Source of the DNA: Mustelus asterias | Lineage: Eukaryota | DNA length: 64,000 bases | NCBI RefSeq assembly: GCF_964213995.1 | Contig: NC_135808.1 | Coordinates: forward strand, 40,114,001-40,178,000 | Direction: 5' to 3' | Program-made: the position numbers and the translations under genes | The notes under the pieces: generated by a model | What the model was told of the DNA's origin: nothing | What the model saw: the letters and a program-made list of their open reading frames with translations, nothing else | The model's database searches: none | Shown: positions 39,811-51,148 of the stretch, one piece after another | How the letters are laid out: every line of letters begins with the position of its first letter | How positions within the stretch are numbered: position 1 is the first letter of the stretch

Positions 39811-40158
39811 CCTCTGAGTCGCAGTACAGTGGGAGCCTAGATTCTGCACTCAAGGCTGATGCGTGCCTGTAATGTGCTCATTGCTGCCTGTCAATGGATC
39901 CTGTCATCCTCTTCTCAACCTTTTCCTCCAATCTGAGATCCACAATCACTTTTTAACTTGCTGCAAATGCATAATACCTCCCTTAATTTCAGTGAAAATT
40001 GGGTGTTTTCTGTCAGCAGGTATGAAACACATCAGTGACGCTGACTCCTAAACTTTACTTTTAATCTTGGGACAGAGAATAAAGACAAGAGGTAACCAGA
40101 CTATCATAGAACTGCTAATAAACGAAGACAATACTGATATTATTTCAATGTTTTTCAG

Positions 40159-40320
40159 AAATACCAGAAAGTGGTGGGCACTCACAACTTGGAATTATAG
40201 CTGGATCAATAATCAGTGTACTGGCTGCTATATTCGGAATAATTGCAATAGCCATCTGGAAAAGGCCACAGAGAGGGAAAAAAGAATCAGAGAGTGGAGA
40301 ATCTGGATCTGGGGAATCAG
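40159..40320 (+). CDS. MHC class I-like exon 5 (connecting peptide, TM, proximal cytoplasmic tail)
   Basis: TTTTTCAG acceptor; EIPESGGHSQ-LGIIAGSIISVLAAIFGIIAIAIW-KRPQRGKKESESGESGSGES; G|GTGAGG donor; 162 nt, phase 1-1; not in the ORF track. Confidence 0.9.
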
Positions 40321-42204
40321 GTGAGGAATGGAGAATTTCCAATACTTGGAATATGGAACACAGAGGGGAGAGTGAAAAAGAGGGGAATATAGAACTGAGG
40401 GGGACAGCGTGAATGAGCTGACTCTATTGAATATGAAGGCCAGGATTGTGTGCTCTGTTCTTTGTGATCTAAACAAGGATCTATATTAGTTTAACATAGG
40501 TTCCCAATTTTCAGTTGAGTTTCTCTTAAAATAAACCTGGGTGATTTCATAGAATCACATAATCCCTACAGTGCAGAAGGAGGCCATTCAGCCTATCTAG
40601 TCTGTACTGGCTCTCTGACAGAGTATCTTACCCAGGCCCTCACCCCCTAACCCCACAAATCTACCATGGCTAATCCATCTAACCTAACCTAGAGAGTATC
40701 GAACCATTGCCCTTGACATTCAATGGCATTACCATCGCTGAATCCCCCACTGTCAACATCTTGGGGGTTATCTTTGATCAGAAAATGAACATGGACTAGC
40801 CATTAAATACTGTGGCTCCCAGAGCAGGTCAGAATTTGGGAATTCTGCAGAGAATAACTTTCTCCTGATCCCCCAAAGCCTGTCCACCATCTACAAGGTA
40901 CAAGTCAGGAGTGATGAAAAACTCTTCACTTGCCTAGATGAGTGCAGCTCCACCAAAAATCAAGACACATGATACCACCCAGGACGCACAGTGGCAGCAG
41001 TGTATATCATCGACTAGATATACAGCAGCAACTCACCAAGGTTCCTTCAACAGCACCTTTCAAATCCACAACTTCTACAACCTAGAAGGGCTAGAACACT
41101 GGATGCATGGGAACACCACCACCTACAATTTCCCCTCCAAATCCATCGCCATCCTGACTTGGAACTGTATCGCTGTTCCATCACTGTCACTGGGTCAAGA
41201 TCCTCGAACTCCCTCCTTTTCAGCACTGTGGGTGTAGCTGCACCACATGCAGCGTGTCAAGAAAACAGTTCACCACCATCTTCTTGACGGTAGTTAGTGA
41301 TGGGCAATAAATACTGGTCTGGCCAGCAATGCCACAACCCATGAACATATATATGTTGCTCATGAATGTGATGTGCTTTCTCCAGACACTCTGACCTACA
41401 AAGAAATCCTCGTGTTTGTCAATCTTCTTTCAGTTTCCTGTCATCTGAAAATTCCATACCAAATGCAAATCTTTTATTGATGCAGGTAGAGACCCTTCAG
41501 CAACACCTGAGGCTTAACAATAGGTCATCCACTGTTGAAATTGTTAGACCCATTGCTCTGACCTTGCAAGATAAATACCGGTTAACTTTGAAGTGCAATT
41601 AACTTCAAGCTAGTTTGAAATACATTGACTTCAGGGTTGCTTGCAGTTTCTTAGCCAGGTGCTGCTATTCCTCTACAATTAAACCTTTTAACCACCAACA
41701 TAAAAACTATATTCTGAAAACTAAATGTTATTTTCTGAAGCATCTAAATTATGACCAAATTATTCTTGATGCCTTTAACCCTTACTCTCTGTTTTATTTT
41801 ACTATCCACTCTTCTACTTTACCTTGACTTTACATGCACTGGTCCAAGTCTTGAGATTTCCAAATGTTACATTGGGTGGATTTTACTGAGCAATCTGCTG
41901 CGTGTTTCATGGTGGCAGGAAGTGGTCCACCATTGACGGGCGAATGGATCTTCTGGTTCTGCCCAGGTGTATGGAGTTTCCCGTTGAAAGCACTCTTCAC
42001 TGCCATAAAACCCATGGCAGGGGTGAACCATATGTGGGACCGGAAGAACCTGCTGGTGTGAATGGCCAGAAAATCTTGCCCATCGTATTGAAAACCTTTG
42101 GAAAATTCAAATAGGGCATCACTCTTGTTCACACTTCCCATTACTTCTTCAAAAATGTCAAAAAGATTGACCAGAAATTTACTTTTGCATTTGAAATCCA
42201 TGTT

Positions 42205-43590
42205 AGAAACATCAAAAAACTACAGCACAAAACAGGCGCTTTGGCCCCACAAGTTGTGCCGAACATATCCCTACCTATAACTCTCAATCCTATTAAGTCC
42301 CATGTACTCATCCAGGAGTCTCTTAAAAGACCCTATTGAGTTTGCCTCCACCACCACTGACGGCAGCCGATTCCACTCGCGCACCACCCTCTGTGTGAAA
42401 AACTTCCCCCTAACATTTCCCCTGTATCTACCCCCCAGCACCTTAAACCTGTATCCTCTCGTAGCAGCCATTTCCACCATGGGAAAAAGCCTCTGAGAGT
42501 CACTGTCTGTGTGGAGTTTGCACATTCTCCTCGTGTCTGCGTGGGTTTCCTCCGGGTGCTCCGGTTTCCTCCCACAGTCCAAAGATGTGCGGGTTAGGTT
42601 GATTGGCCAGATTAAAAATTGCCCCTTAGAATCCTAAAATGGGTAGGTTAGAGGGATTAGCGGGTAAATATGTGGGGGTAGGGCCTGGGTGGGATTGTGG
42701 TCGGTGCAGACTCGATGGGCCGAATGGCCTCCTTCTGCACTGTAGGGTTTCTATGATTCTATGATTCTAGTCCACCCGATCTATGCCTCTCAACATCTTG
42801 TATACCTCTATTAGGTCTCCTCTCATCCTACGTCTCTCCAAGGAGAAAAGACCGAGCTCCCTCAATCCATGCCACTCAATCCAGGCAACATCCTTGTAAA
42901 TCTCCTCTGCACCCTTTCAATCTTTTCCACATCCTTCCTGTAATGAGGCGACCAGAACTGAGCACAGTACTCCAAGTGGGGTCTGACGAGGGTCTTATAT
43001 AGCTGCATCATTATCCCCGGACTCCTAAACTCAATCCCTCGATTGATAAAGGCCAGCACACCATACGCCTTCTTAACCACCTCCTCCACCTGTGGGGCCG
43101 ATCTCAGAGTCCTATGGACCCGGAACCCAAGGTCCTTCTGATCCTCTACAGTACTAAGAGTCTTTCCCTTTATATTGTACTCCCTCATCCCATTTGACCT
43201 GCCAAAATGGACCACTACGCATTTATCTGGGTTGAAGTCCATCTGCCACTTCTCCGCCCAGTCTTGCATCCTATCAATGTCCCTCTGTAACTTCTGACAT
43301 CCCTCCAGACTATCCACCACCCCACCAACCTTCGTGTCGTCGGCAAACTTACCAACCCATCCCTCCACTTCCTCATCCAGGTCATTTAAGAAAATGACAA
43401 ACAGCAAGGGTCCCAGAACAGATCCCTGGTGCACACCACTGGTGACCGACCTCCATTTAGAAAAAGACCCATCTATACCCACTCTCTGCCTCCTTTGGGC
43501 AAGCCAGTTCTGGATCCACAGGGCAGCAGCCCCTTGGATCCCATGCCCTCTCACTTTTTCTAGAAGCCTTGCATGGGGGACCTTATCGAA
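42205..43590 (-). mobile_element. CR1 3' fragment with nested 5'-truncated HE1 SINE (42499-42768, plus)
   Basis: ORF 42862-43554 with RT motifs; SINE core and tail flanked by an AGTC duplication. Confidence 0.92.
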
Positions 43591-44879
43591 CGATGTTAAC
43601 TACATGTTTTTTGGTCTGGGATTTTTTTTCTGCTATTGGCAAAGTCTGGTGTCGGGCATGAAAAGTGGTGTTGAGTCTCCTGATGGCAATGGTGACATTT
43701 TCCACCGTACAGTGCAGGACTTTGAAGAATGGAAAGCAGGGGTTCCAAGTTGCATCGCTGGTGGGCAGCCTCTGATTCATCTGCCCCAACATCAACTCAC
43801 CACTTTGATGATCTGGGTGCCATTTCTAAGGGCGACCCAACACATCAAGAGCATACCAAGAATATTCTTCACACAGCTGCACCCCCTGGTACAAAACCAG
43901 TACCTTCTGGCATTACCCTGGCACCTTTAGCTTTACCCTCTCCCAACTGAGCTCTGCACTCATCTCTGAGCTCCCCTTGGAATACCTCTCACCAGGTGCC
44001 CAGTCGTGTACCATGTCATTCTGACATCACGCCGTCATGGATGGATTTTTTTAGACTGGGTGAGGTGGGGGAAGGGGGTATGATTCTAGCATACAGATCC
44101 GAAAATGATATGCAAATATATTAGAATGAAGTTCCCGACATTGAACAATGGGAAAGGCAGCCTCCCACTGACACAATCGCTTCCTGCTTTGACATCAACA
44201 TGAAACATGACTTTGATATTCTTGTAAAATTTTCTGCCAAACCCCTCCTACACGAACGGGAGAAGAAAATCCTGGCTCAGGCATTTTTTTAACCACATCT
44301 TTGAGGAAGGGTTATCTTTACTGTGCCTCATAAACTCACTGTTCCTTCGATCCTTGGACATATTCTGATGCCCTCCTTTATACATTGGAATCATGATAGT
44401 TATCCTTCAATCCTCTGGCACTTTTCCATTTGCTGATGAGTTTTTATGTAATTGTAACAGTGTCTCTGCGATCTTAACTTCTCAGAATATATATGGATAT
44501 AATCCATCCAGACCAGTTTATCCTGAATTTGATTTGTTTACTAATTATTTCCCACCTTTCATCTTCAATGTCTTGATATCTATTTTGATCTTTTCTTCCC
44601 TTTTAATTTCCCTGGTAAACACAGAGACAAAGTAATTATTCAACATTACTGACCCTTAATCATGTATATTCCTGAATGGCCCTTTTCCTATCCTGTCCCT
44701 TTCTTGATTTTCCTTCTGTGATCAATTTCTGAAAAACTTCAAAAATTATTTTTATGTTCTTTGTTAATTTAGTTTCGTAGTTCCCACGTGCCTTCTTTTA
44801 TTGATTGCTTCCTTAATGTCTTCAAATTCCTTTCTGTCATCCTCTTTTTTAATGCCTATGTACTGGGTGTGTGTTTCAG

Positions 44880-45184
44880 CACAACTGTTTTTGGAGACCG
44901 ACCCGTCTCACCATCATCCAGAAACCATGGATAATAATGTGGAACTGGATCTGAGTGAATCTGACCCTCATCTCACCCTGGAGCCTTTTCCGAGCGGGTT
45001 AAAAAGTTCACATGACCCAGTGGAAGGTAACAAAACCACAACTGAACAAGAACAGAGTTCCTTCCAAACAGACACTTCAACTGACCTAAAATGTAATCTA
45101 GATAACAATATTACAGAACAATTAACCAACTACAAGGAAGGAGAAACAATGCAGAATTTACTAAGACATTATGATCGTCATTGA
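44880..45184 (+). CDS. Candidate terminal cytoplasmic exon of the MHC class I-like gene (~101 aa, acidic)
   Basis: TTTCAG acceptor in compatible phase 1; open for ~101 codons in apparently non-repeat AT-rich sequence (AQLFLETDPSHHHPE...QNLLRHYDRH*). Confidence 0.5.
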
Positions 45185-45231
45185 AAAAGCCCTGGAAATA
45201 ACTAGTCAGAGTAGAAAAACTCTGAATGGCC

Positions 45232-47765
45232 CTTTTTAATTTTCCACATATAGATTGGGACTCGCATACTGTTAAAGGTTTAGACGGGGTAGAGTTTGTA
45301 AAATGTGTTCAGGAGAATTTTCTACATCAGTATATAGAGGTGCCAACTAGAGAGGATGCGATATTGGATCTCCTATTGGGAAATGAGTTAGGGCAGGTGA
45401 TGGATGTGAGTGTGAGGGAACACTTTGGATCCAGTGATCATAATGCCATTAGTTTCAACCTGATCATGGATAAGGATAGATCTGGTCCTCGGGTTGAAGT
45501 TCTGAACTGGAAAAAGGCCAAATTTGATGAAATGAGAAGGGATCTGGGAAGTGTGGATTGGCACAGGCTGTTCTCTGGTAAGGATGTAAATGGAAAGTGG
45601 GAGGCCTTCAAAGGAGAAATTTTGAGAGTGCAGAGTTTGTATGTTCCTGTCAGGATTAAAGGCAAAGTAAATAGGAATAAGGAACCTTGGTTCTCGAGGG
45701 AGATTGTAACACTGATTAAGAGGAAGAGAGAGTTGTATGAAATGTACAGGCAGCAAGGAACACATCAGATGCTCGAGGAGTATAAAAAGTGCAAGAAGCT
45801 ACTTAAGAGGGAAATCAGGAGGGCTAAAAGAAGACATGAGGTTGCTTTGGCAGACAGAGTGAAGGAAAATCCAAAGAGCTTCTATAGGTATGTTAGGAGC
45901 AAAAGGATAGTGAGGGATAAAATTGGTCCTCTTGAAGACCAGAGTGGTCGACTGTGTATGGAACCAAAAGAGATGGGGGAGATACTAAATGGTTTTTTTG
46001 CATCCGTATTTACTGAGGAAACGGGCATGGAGTCTACGGAAATAGGGCAAACTGGTAGGGAGGCCATGGAACCTTTACAGATTAAAGGGGAGGAGGTGCT
46101 CGCTGTCTTGAGGCAAATCAAAGTGGATAAATCCCCAGGACCGGACAGGGTATTCCCACGGACCTTGAGGGAAGTTGAACTTGAAGTTGAAGTTGAACTG
46201 GCAGACATATTTAAAATGTCAGTATTCACGGGGGAGGTGCCGGATGATTGGAGGGTGGCTCATGTTGTTCCGTTGTTTAAAAAAGGTTCCAAAAGAAATC
46301 CGGGAAATTATCGGCCAGTAAGTTTGACGTCGGTGGTGGGCAAGTTATTGGAAGGTGTGATAAGGGATAGGATCTACAAATATATGGATAGACAGGGACT
46401 TATTAGGGAGAGTCAGCATGGCTTTGTGCGTGGTAGGTCATGTTTGAGCAATCTTTTAGAGTTTTTCGAGGAGGTTACCAGGAAAGTGGATGAAGGGAAG
46501 GCGGTGCATGTTGTCTACCTGGATTTCAGCAAGGCCTTTGACAAGGTCCCTCATGGGAGGTTAGTTAAGAAGGTTCAGTCGCTAGGTATACATGGGGAGG
46601 TAGTAAATTGGATAAGACACTGGCTCAATGGAAGACATGAGTGAGACTTCTTACTGTGCTTACCCCAGTCCAACGCCGGCATCTCCACATCAATGGAAGA
46701 AGCCAGAGAGTGGTTGTGGAGGATTGCTTCTCTGAGTGGAGGCCTGTGACTAGTGGTGTGCCGCAGGGATCGGTGTTGGGTCCATTGTTGTTTGTCATCT
46801 ATATCAATGATCTGGATGATAATGTGGTCAATTGGATCAGCAAGTTTGCTGATGATACAAAGATTGGAGGTGTAGTGGACAGTGAGGAAGGTTTTCAAAG
46901 CTTGCAGAGGGATTTGGACCAACTAGAAAAATGGGCTGAAAAATGGCAACTGGAATTTAACGCAGACAAGTGTGAGATATTGCACATTGGAAGGACAAAC
47001 CAAAGAAGAATGTACAGAGTAAATGGTAGGACTCTGAAGAGTGCAGTTGAACAGAGGGATCTGGGAATACAGGTACAGAATTCCCTAAAAGTGACGTCAC
47101 AGGTGGATAGGGTCGTAAAGAGTGCCATTGGTACATTGGCCTTTATAAATCGGAGTATCGAGTATAAACGTTGGAGTGTTATGGTAAGGTTATATAAGGC
47201 ATTGGTGAGGCCGAATTTGGAGTATTGTGTACAGTTTTGGTCACCTAGTTACAGGAAGGATGTAAATAAGATTGAAAGAGTGCAGAGAAGGTTCACAAGG
47301 ATGTTGCCGGGACTTGAGAAGCTGAGTTACAGAGAGAGATTGAATAGGTTGGGACTTTATTCCCTGGAGCGTAGAAGATTGAGGGGAGATTTGATAGAGG
47401 TGTATAAGATTTTGATGGTTATAGATAGAGTGAATGCAAGCAGGCTTTTTCCGCTGAGGCTAGGGGAGAAAAAAACCAGAGGGCATGGGTTAAGGGTGAA
47501 AGGAGAAAAGTTTAAAGGGAATATTAGGGGGGGCTTCTTCACGCAGAGAGTGGTGGGAGTGTGGAATGAGCTGCCAGATAAAGTGGTAAATGCGGGGTCA
47601 CTTTTAACATTTAAGAAAAACTTGGACGGGTTCATGGATGAGAGGGGTGTGGAGGGATATGGTCCAAGTGCAGGTCAGTGGGACTAGGCATAAAATGGTT
47701 CGGCACAGACAAGAAGGGCCAAAAGCCTGTTTCTGAGCTGTAATTTTCTATGGTTCTATGGTTCA
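45232..47765 (+). mobile_element. Young CR1 LINE ORF2 (5'-truncated), broken only by a 54-bp Penelope pLTR insertion
   Basis: ORFs 45226-46644 and 46641-47687 with RT motifs; (CTATGGTT)n tail. Confidence 0.96.
46636..46689 (+). mobile_element. Minimal Penelope pLTR-terminus insertion
   Basis: GACTTCTTACTGTGCTTACCCCAGTCCAACGCCGGCATCTCCACA; 11-bp TSD TCAATGGAAGA at 46625-46635 and 46690-46700. Confidence 0.88.
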
Positions 47766-48069
47766 AACTGGCAGTATTTACAAGGAGCATAGGAATTGAG
47801 ATAGATGAAGATGACAAGCTTTGTTCACAAGGGAAAGAAAGATCTGAAAAACTTTTATAATTAAAAGAGAAGCCATTTATCAATATAGAATTGGAAACAT
47901 GCTTTCTTTCAGAGTTCAAATAGTGAGAGGAAAAGAATGAGGAGTGAAAAATGTGAAGCATATGAGGCATAACATCAAAGGCTGTGCTGCTGTTACATTT
48001 GAAGGAGATAGACAGTTTTGATGAGTATTATTGATGTCGAAAACACATTTTGAGAAAGATTGGCTGAAA

Positions 48070-48300
48070 GAATAACCCCATGCATTTATCCTAGCTAGTC
48101 CACCTGACACTAAGGGGCAATTTAGCATGGCCAACCACTTACCCCGCACACCTTTGGACTGAGAGAGGAAACCGGAGCACCCAGAGGAAACTCACACAGA
48201 TATGGGGATAATGTGCAAACTCCACACAGCGACCCAAGCTGGAAATCAAACCCAGGTCCCTGGCGCTGTGAGGCAGCAGTGCTAACCACTGTGCAGCCCC
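48070..48300 (-). mobile_element. Degenerate HE1-type SINE
   Basis: Head and core similarity to other copies. Confidence 0.8.
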
Positions 48301-48591
48301 ATCTCAAGGATATAATTAATACCTCCAAATTATGAGAATTCCATGGCTGGTACTATTCAGGCATTTAAAGAGAGAGACTGGGCGATGAGGTACAGAATCC
48401 ACAGGAGACATCGATACCTGTTATTTTCAGTCCAAACTATTTACTCACAGAACTTTAAACAAGAAATTGAAAGAACTTTAAATAAGAAATTGTAACTTTT
48501 ATCAGTACAAATGATCAGACTGAAAGGATTAAATATTGAAGGAAGGATATTGGTGGGAGAATCACTGCTCTCCCCACAGATCCATCTGGTG

Positions 48592-48882
48592 GGGCGGCGC
48601 GGTAGCACAGTGGTTAGCACTGCTGCCTCACAGTGCTCGGGACCTGGGTTTGATTCCCGGCTTGGGTCACTGTCTGTGTGGAGTTTGCACATTCTCCTCG
48701 TGACTGTGTGGGTTTCCTCAGGGTGCTCCGGATTCCTCCCACATTCCGAGAGATGTGCTAGTGAGGTGCATTGACCCGAACAGGCGCCGGACTGTGGCGA
48801 TGAGGGGAATTTCACAGTAACTTAATTGCAATGTTAATGGAAGCCTTATTTGTGACTAATAAATAAACTTTACTTTACTTTA
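48592..48882 (+). mobile_element. HE1-like SINE (alternative tail) flanked by ~76-bp direct repeats
   Basis: Head GGGCGGCGCGGTAGCACAG, (ACTTT)n end. Confidence 0.9.
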
Positions 48883-49695
48883 CAGACTGAAAGGGTTAAA
48901 TATTGGAGGAAGGATATTGCTGGGAGAATCACTGCTCTCCCCTACTGGTCCGACTGGTGAATTGTACATAATGCTGTGTGGCTGTGGGGTGATGTCCTGT
49001 GCAATGGTACAAACAGGGAGCACTCACAGCACTGTGCTGAATATCATCGGAGCAGAAGACTGAACAAACAGAGAACCACCATTTCTGACAAACCAATGTA
49101 AGAGAATTGTACTACGATGTTGCGAGCAGTATGAATTTCATGAATAAAGACACCAACTGAGTACAAGGACTGCAGAGCTCTCAATAACTGGTACAGATGC
49201 TGGAATAACGTTGCTGAGACCAGCGTCAAAACATGAGCCTTTTGGATTAAAAACAGTAAATTCTGAAAAGGTTGAGAATTGGAAATATATAGCTTTCGGG
49301 AAGACCATGTGGGGGAGGGAGGAAAAGACAAAGGGAAGGTCTGTAACAGAGCAGAAGCAGGAGACATTAAATGACAAAAAAAATTGGTGGGTCAGAGCCG
49401 AATGGAGTCAGAATGGGACAAGTGAAGAAACAAAAGATGGATCCAGAGGAGGTGTGAATGGCAGAATAATGAATAGCCACTGTCTGAAAGATTTTATCCT
49501 GAAATTTGAATCTCACTGTAAAACAATGCTTGAATTTTACTGTTCAACAAAATGAATTTTCTTAAATTGCAACATGTTTCTATATTCCATTAGTCAACTG
49601 TACTTTATCAAGTGTTTTGAAACTGTATAAACTTTATTCAACTATGACCTGTTTGTCAATAAACAAATAGCTTGATCCAGCTTGGTCTCATCCTT

Positions 49696-49990
49696 ATCGC
49701 TTCTCGATCTTATGGCTAAGATCGAGTGTAATTTTTGACGTTGCATCCGGTCTTGGCCAATGAGGTTATAGTGAGGCTTCACTTGAAGCAATTTTTTAAA
49801 AGCCATCTGGGCCTTTTGACTAAGATGAAGCTCAGATCAAGCCCAGGAGGGGGTGTAATGTCTTATCCTGTCAGCTTGGATCTTGTTTGATTGAGCCCAA
49901 GATAGGGGGTATGGCCTGTCTTGTCAGCTTGGATCTGTTTTCAATTGGATTTTTGATTGGGAATAAAGTACCAAAATGTACAAAAAATCA
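49696..49990 (+). mobile_element. U2 snRNA-headed structured element (copy 1)
   Basis: ATCGCTTCTCG.TCTT.TGGCTAAGATC.AGTGTA matches U2 nt 1-35; body homologous to 54361-54652; A-rich end. Confidence 0.7.
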
Positions 49991-51148
49991 ATTAAATGCA
50001 AAGCTGTGCAGCGAATAAGTGATGAGAGAGTAGGTGTCTAACCTGACTGAGTATAATATTATTTTAGTCAAGTTATCCTCTGATACCTTTCACAAGCTTA
50101 GTGTCAGAGATCACTTCATTAGTGACCCTCCCAATCTCTACAAATGAGAGTAAATGAACAATATTTGGTAATGTTACCAGGTTCAGTTACTGAATAAACA
50201 CTGCACCAATCTAATTCTGGTAAAATAAAAGTAAAATACTGCCGATACTGGAAATCTGAAATAACAGAAATTGCTCGAAAATCTCAGCAGGTCTGATAGC
50301 ATCTGTGGGGAGAGAAATGAGAGTTGACATTTTAGCTCTGAATACGAGCCATTTGAACTCAAAATGTTAACTGTTTTCTTTCCCCACATATACTACTTAT
50401 CAGACCCACTGAGTCTTTCCAACACTTTCTACTGTCATGCCGAATTCTGGTCTTCAGCATGTTGTCGCAGCCCCTGCAGTTTGAATTTTTTTGGAATATA
50501 TATCCACCTGGATTTTTATCCTTGAGGTAGCTGGGGAGGGCCGAGAGGGGAAAATTAGAGTCCTTTGCTGATGGAAGCCAGTTGCAAGCTGAGGTCGAAC
50601 CAGCCAACAAGGGGCTGCTGGGTGCAGAGCAGACTGTTCAAAAGGCCTGCCTCAGTGCTGTGGGACACCAGTTAAAGGAAAAGGTCAAAGGTCCTCCACC
50701 CCTCACATGACCTTCACCCTCCAAATATTCCAAATGACCCTCTGTCTCCTCATGCTCCAGTGCCAGGCTCTACCCTCTTTCCTATTTCCCCCTACCTCCA
50801 CCACCACTGGCACCCTCAGTGCATTCTGAATGCTAGGGAAAACAGTGATATCATCCAATAGTTAAACAGCTGTTTGAGGTAACAAAAAAAGCAAATCCAA
50901 GAGCTAGCTTGCAGTTAGCACAGGTAAAGGACCTCCAAGTGAAAGAAATAGAAGTTAAAGAAAAAAAGGGATTAGAAAATCATGGTCCACAGCTTCAACT
51001 TTGTGATTTTGAGTTAGATGTAGATCATACATCTCCATGTTGCGTCATCAGAGCTACACCAGTGTTGAGGCACAAGATCTAAGATGAGAACTAGTAGATT
51101 ATAAAAATAGAACAAAGTTCCTAACTAGGAGTTGAGAGGCGCACTGGG

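Noticed and set aside
21245-40320. Calling the gene classical UAA, CD1, MR1 or giving it a lineage symbol
   Set aside because: Loss of anchor residues excludes a classical call; lineage assignment needs a phylogeny I cannot run
26313-46700. Sequence-specific Penelope target (CAATG.AAG in two TSDs)
   Set aside because: The other three TSDs do not share it and the two insertions are in opposite orientation; sample too small
49696-49730. Functional U2 snRNA gene
   Set aside because: Only the first ~35 nt are present, with mismatches; no Sm site or 3' domain
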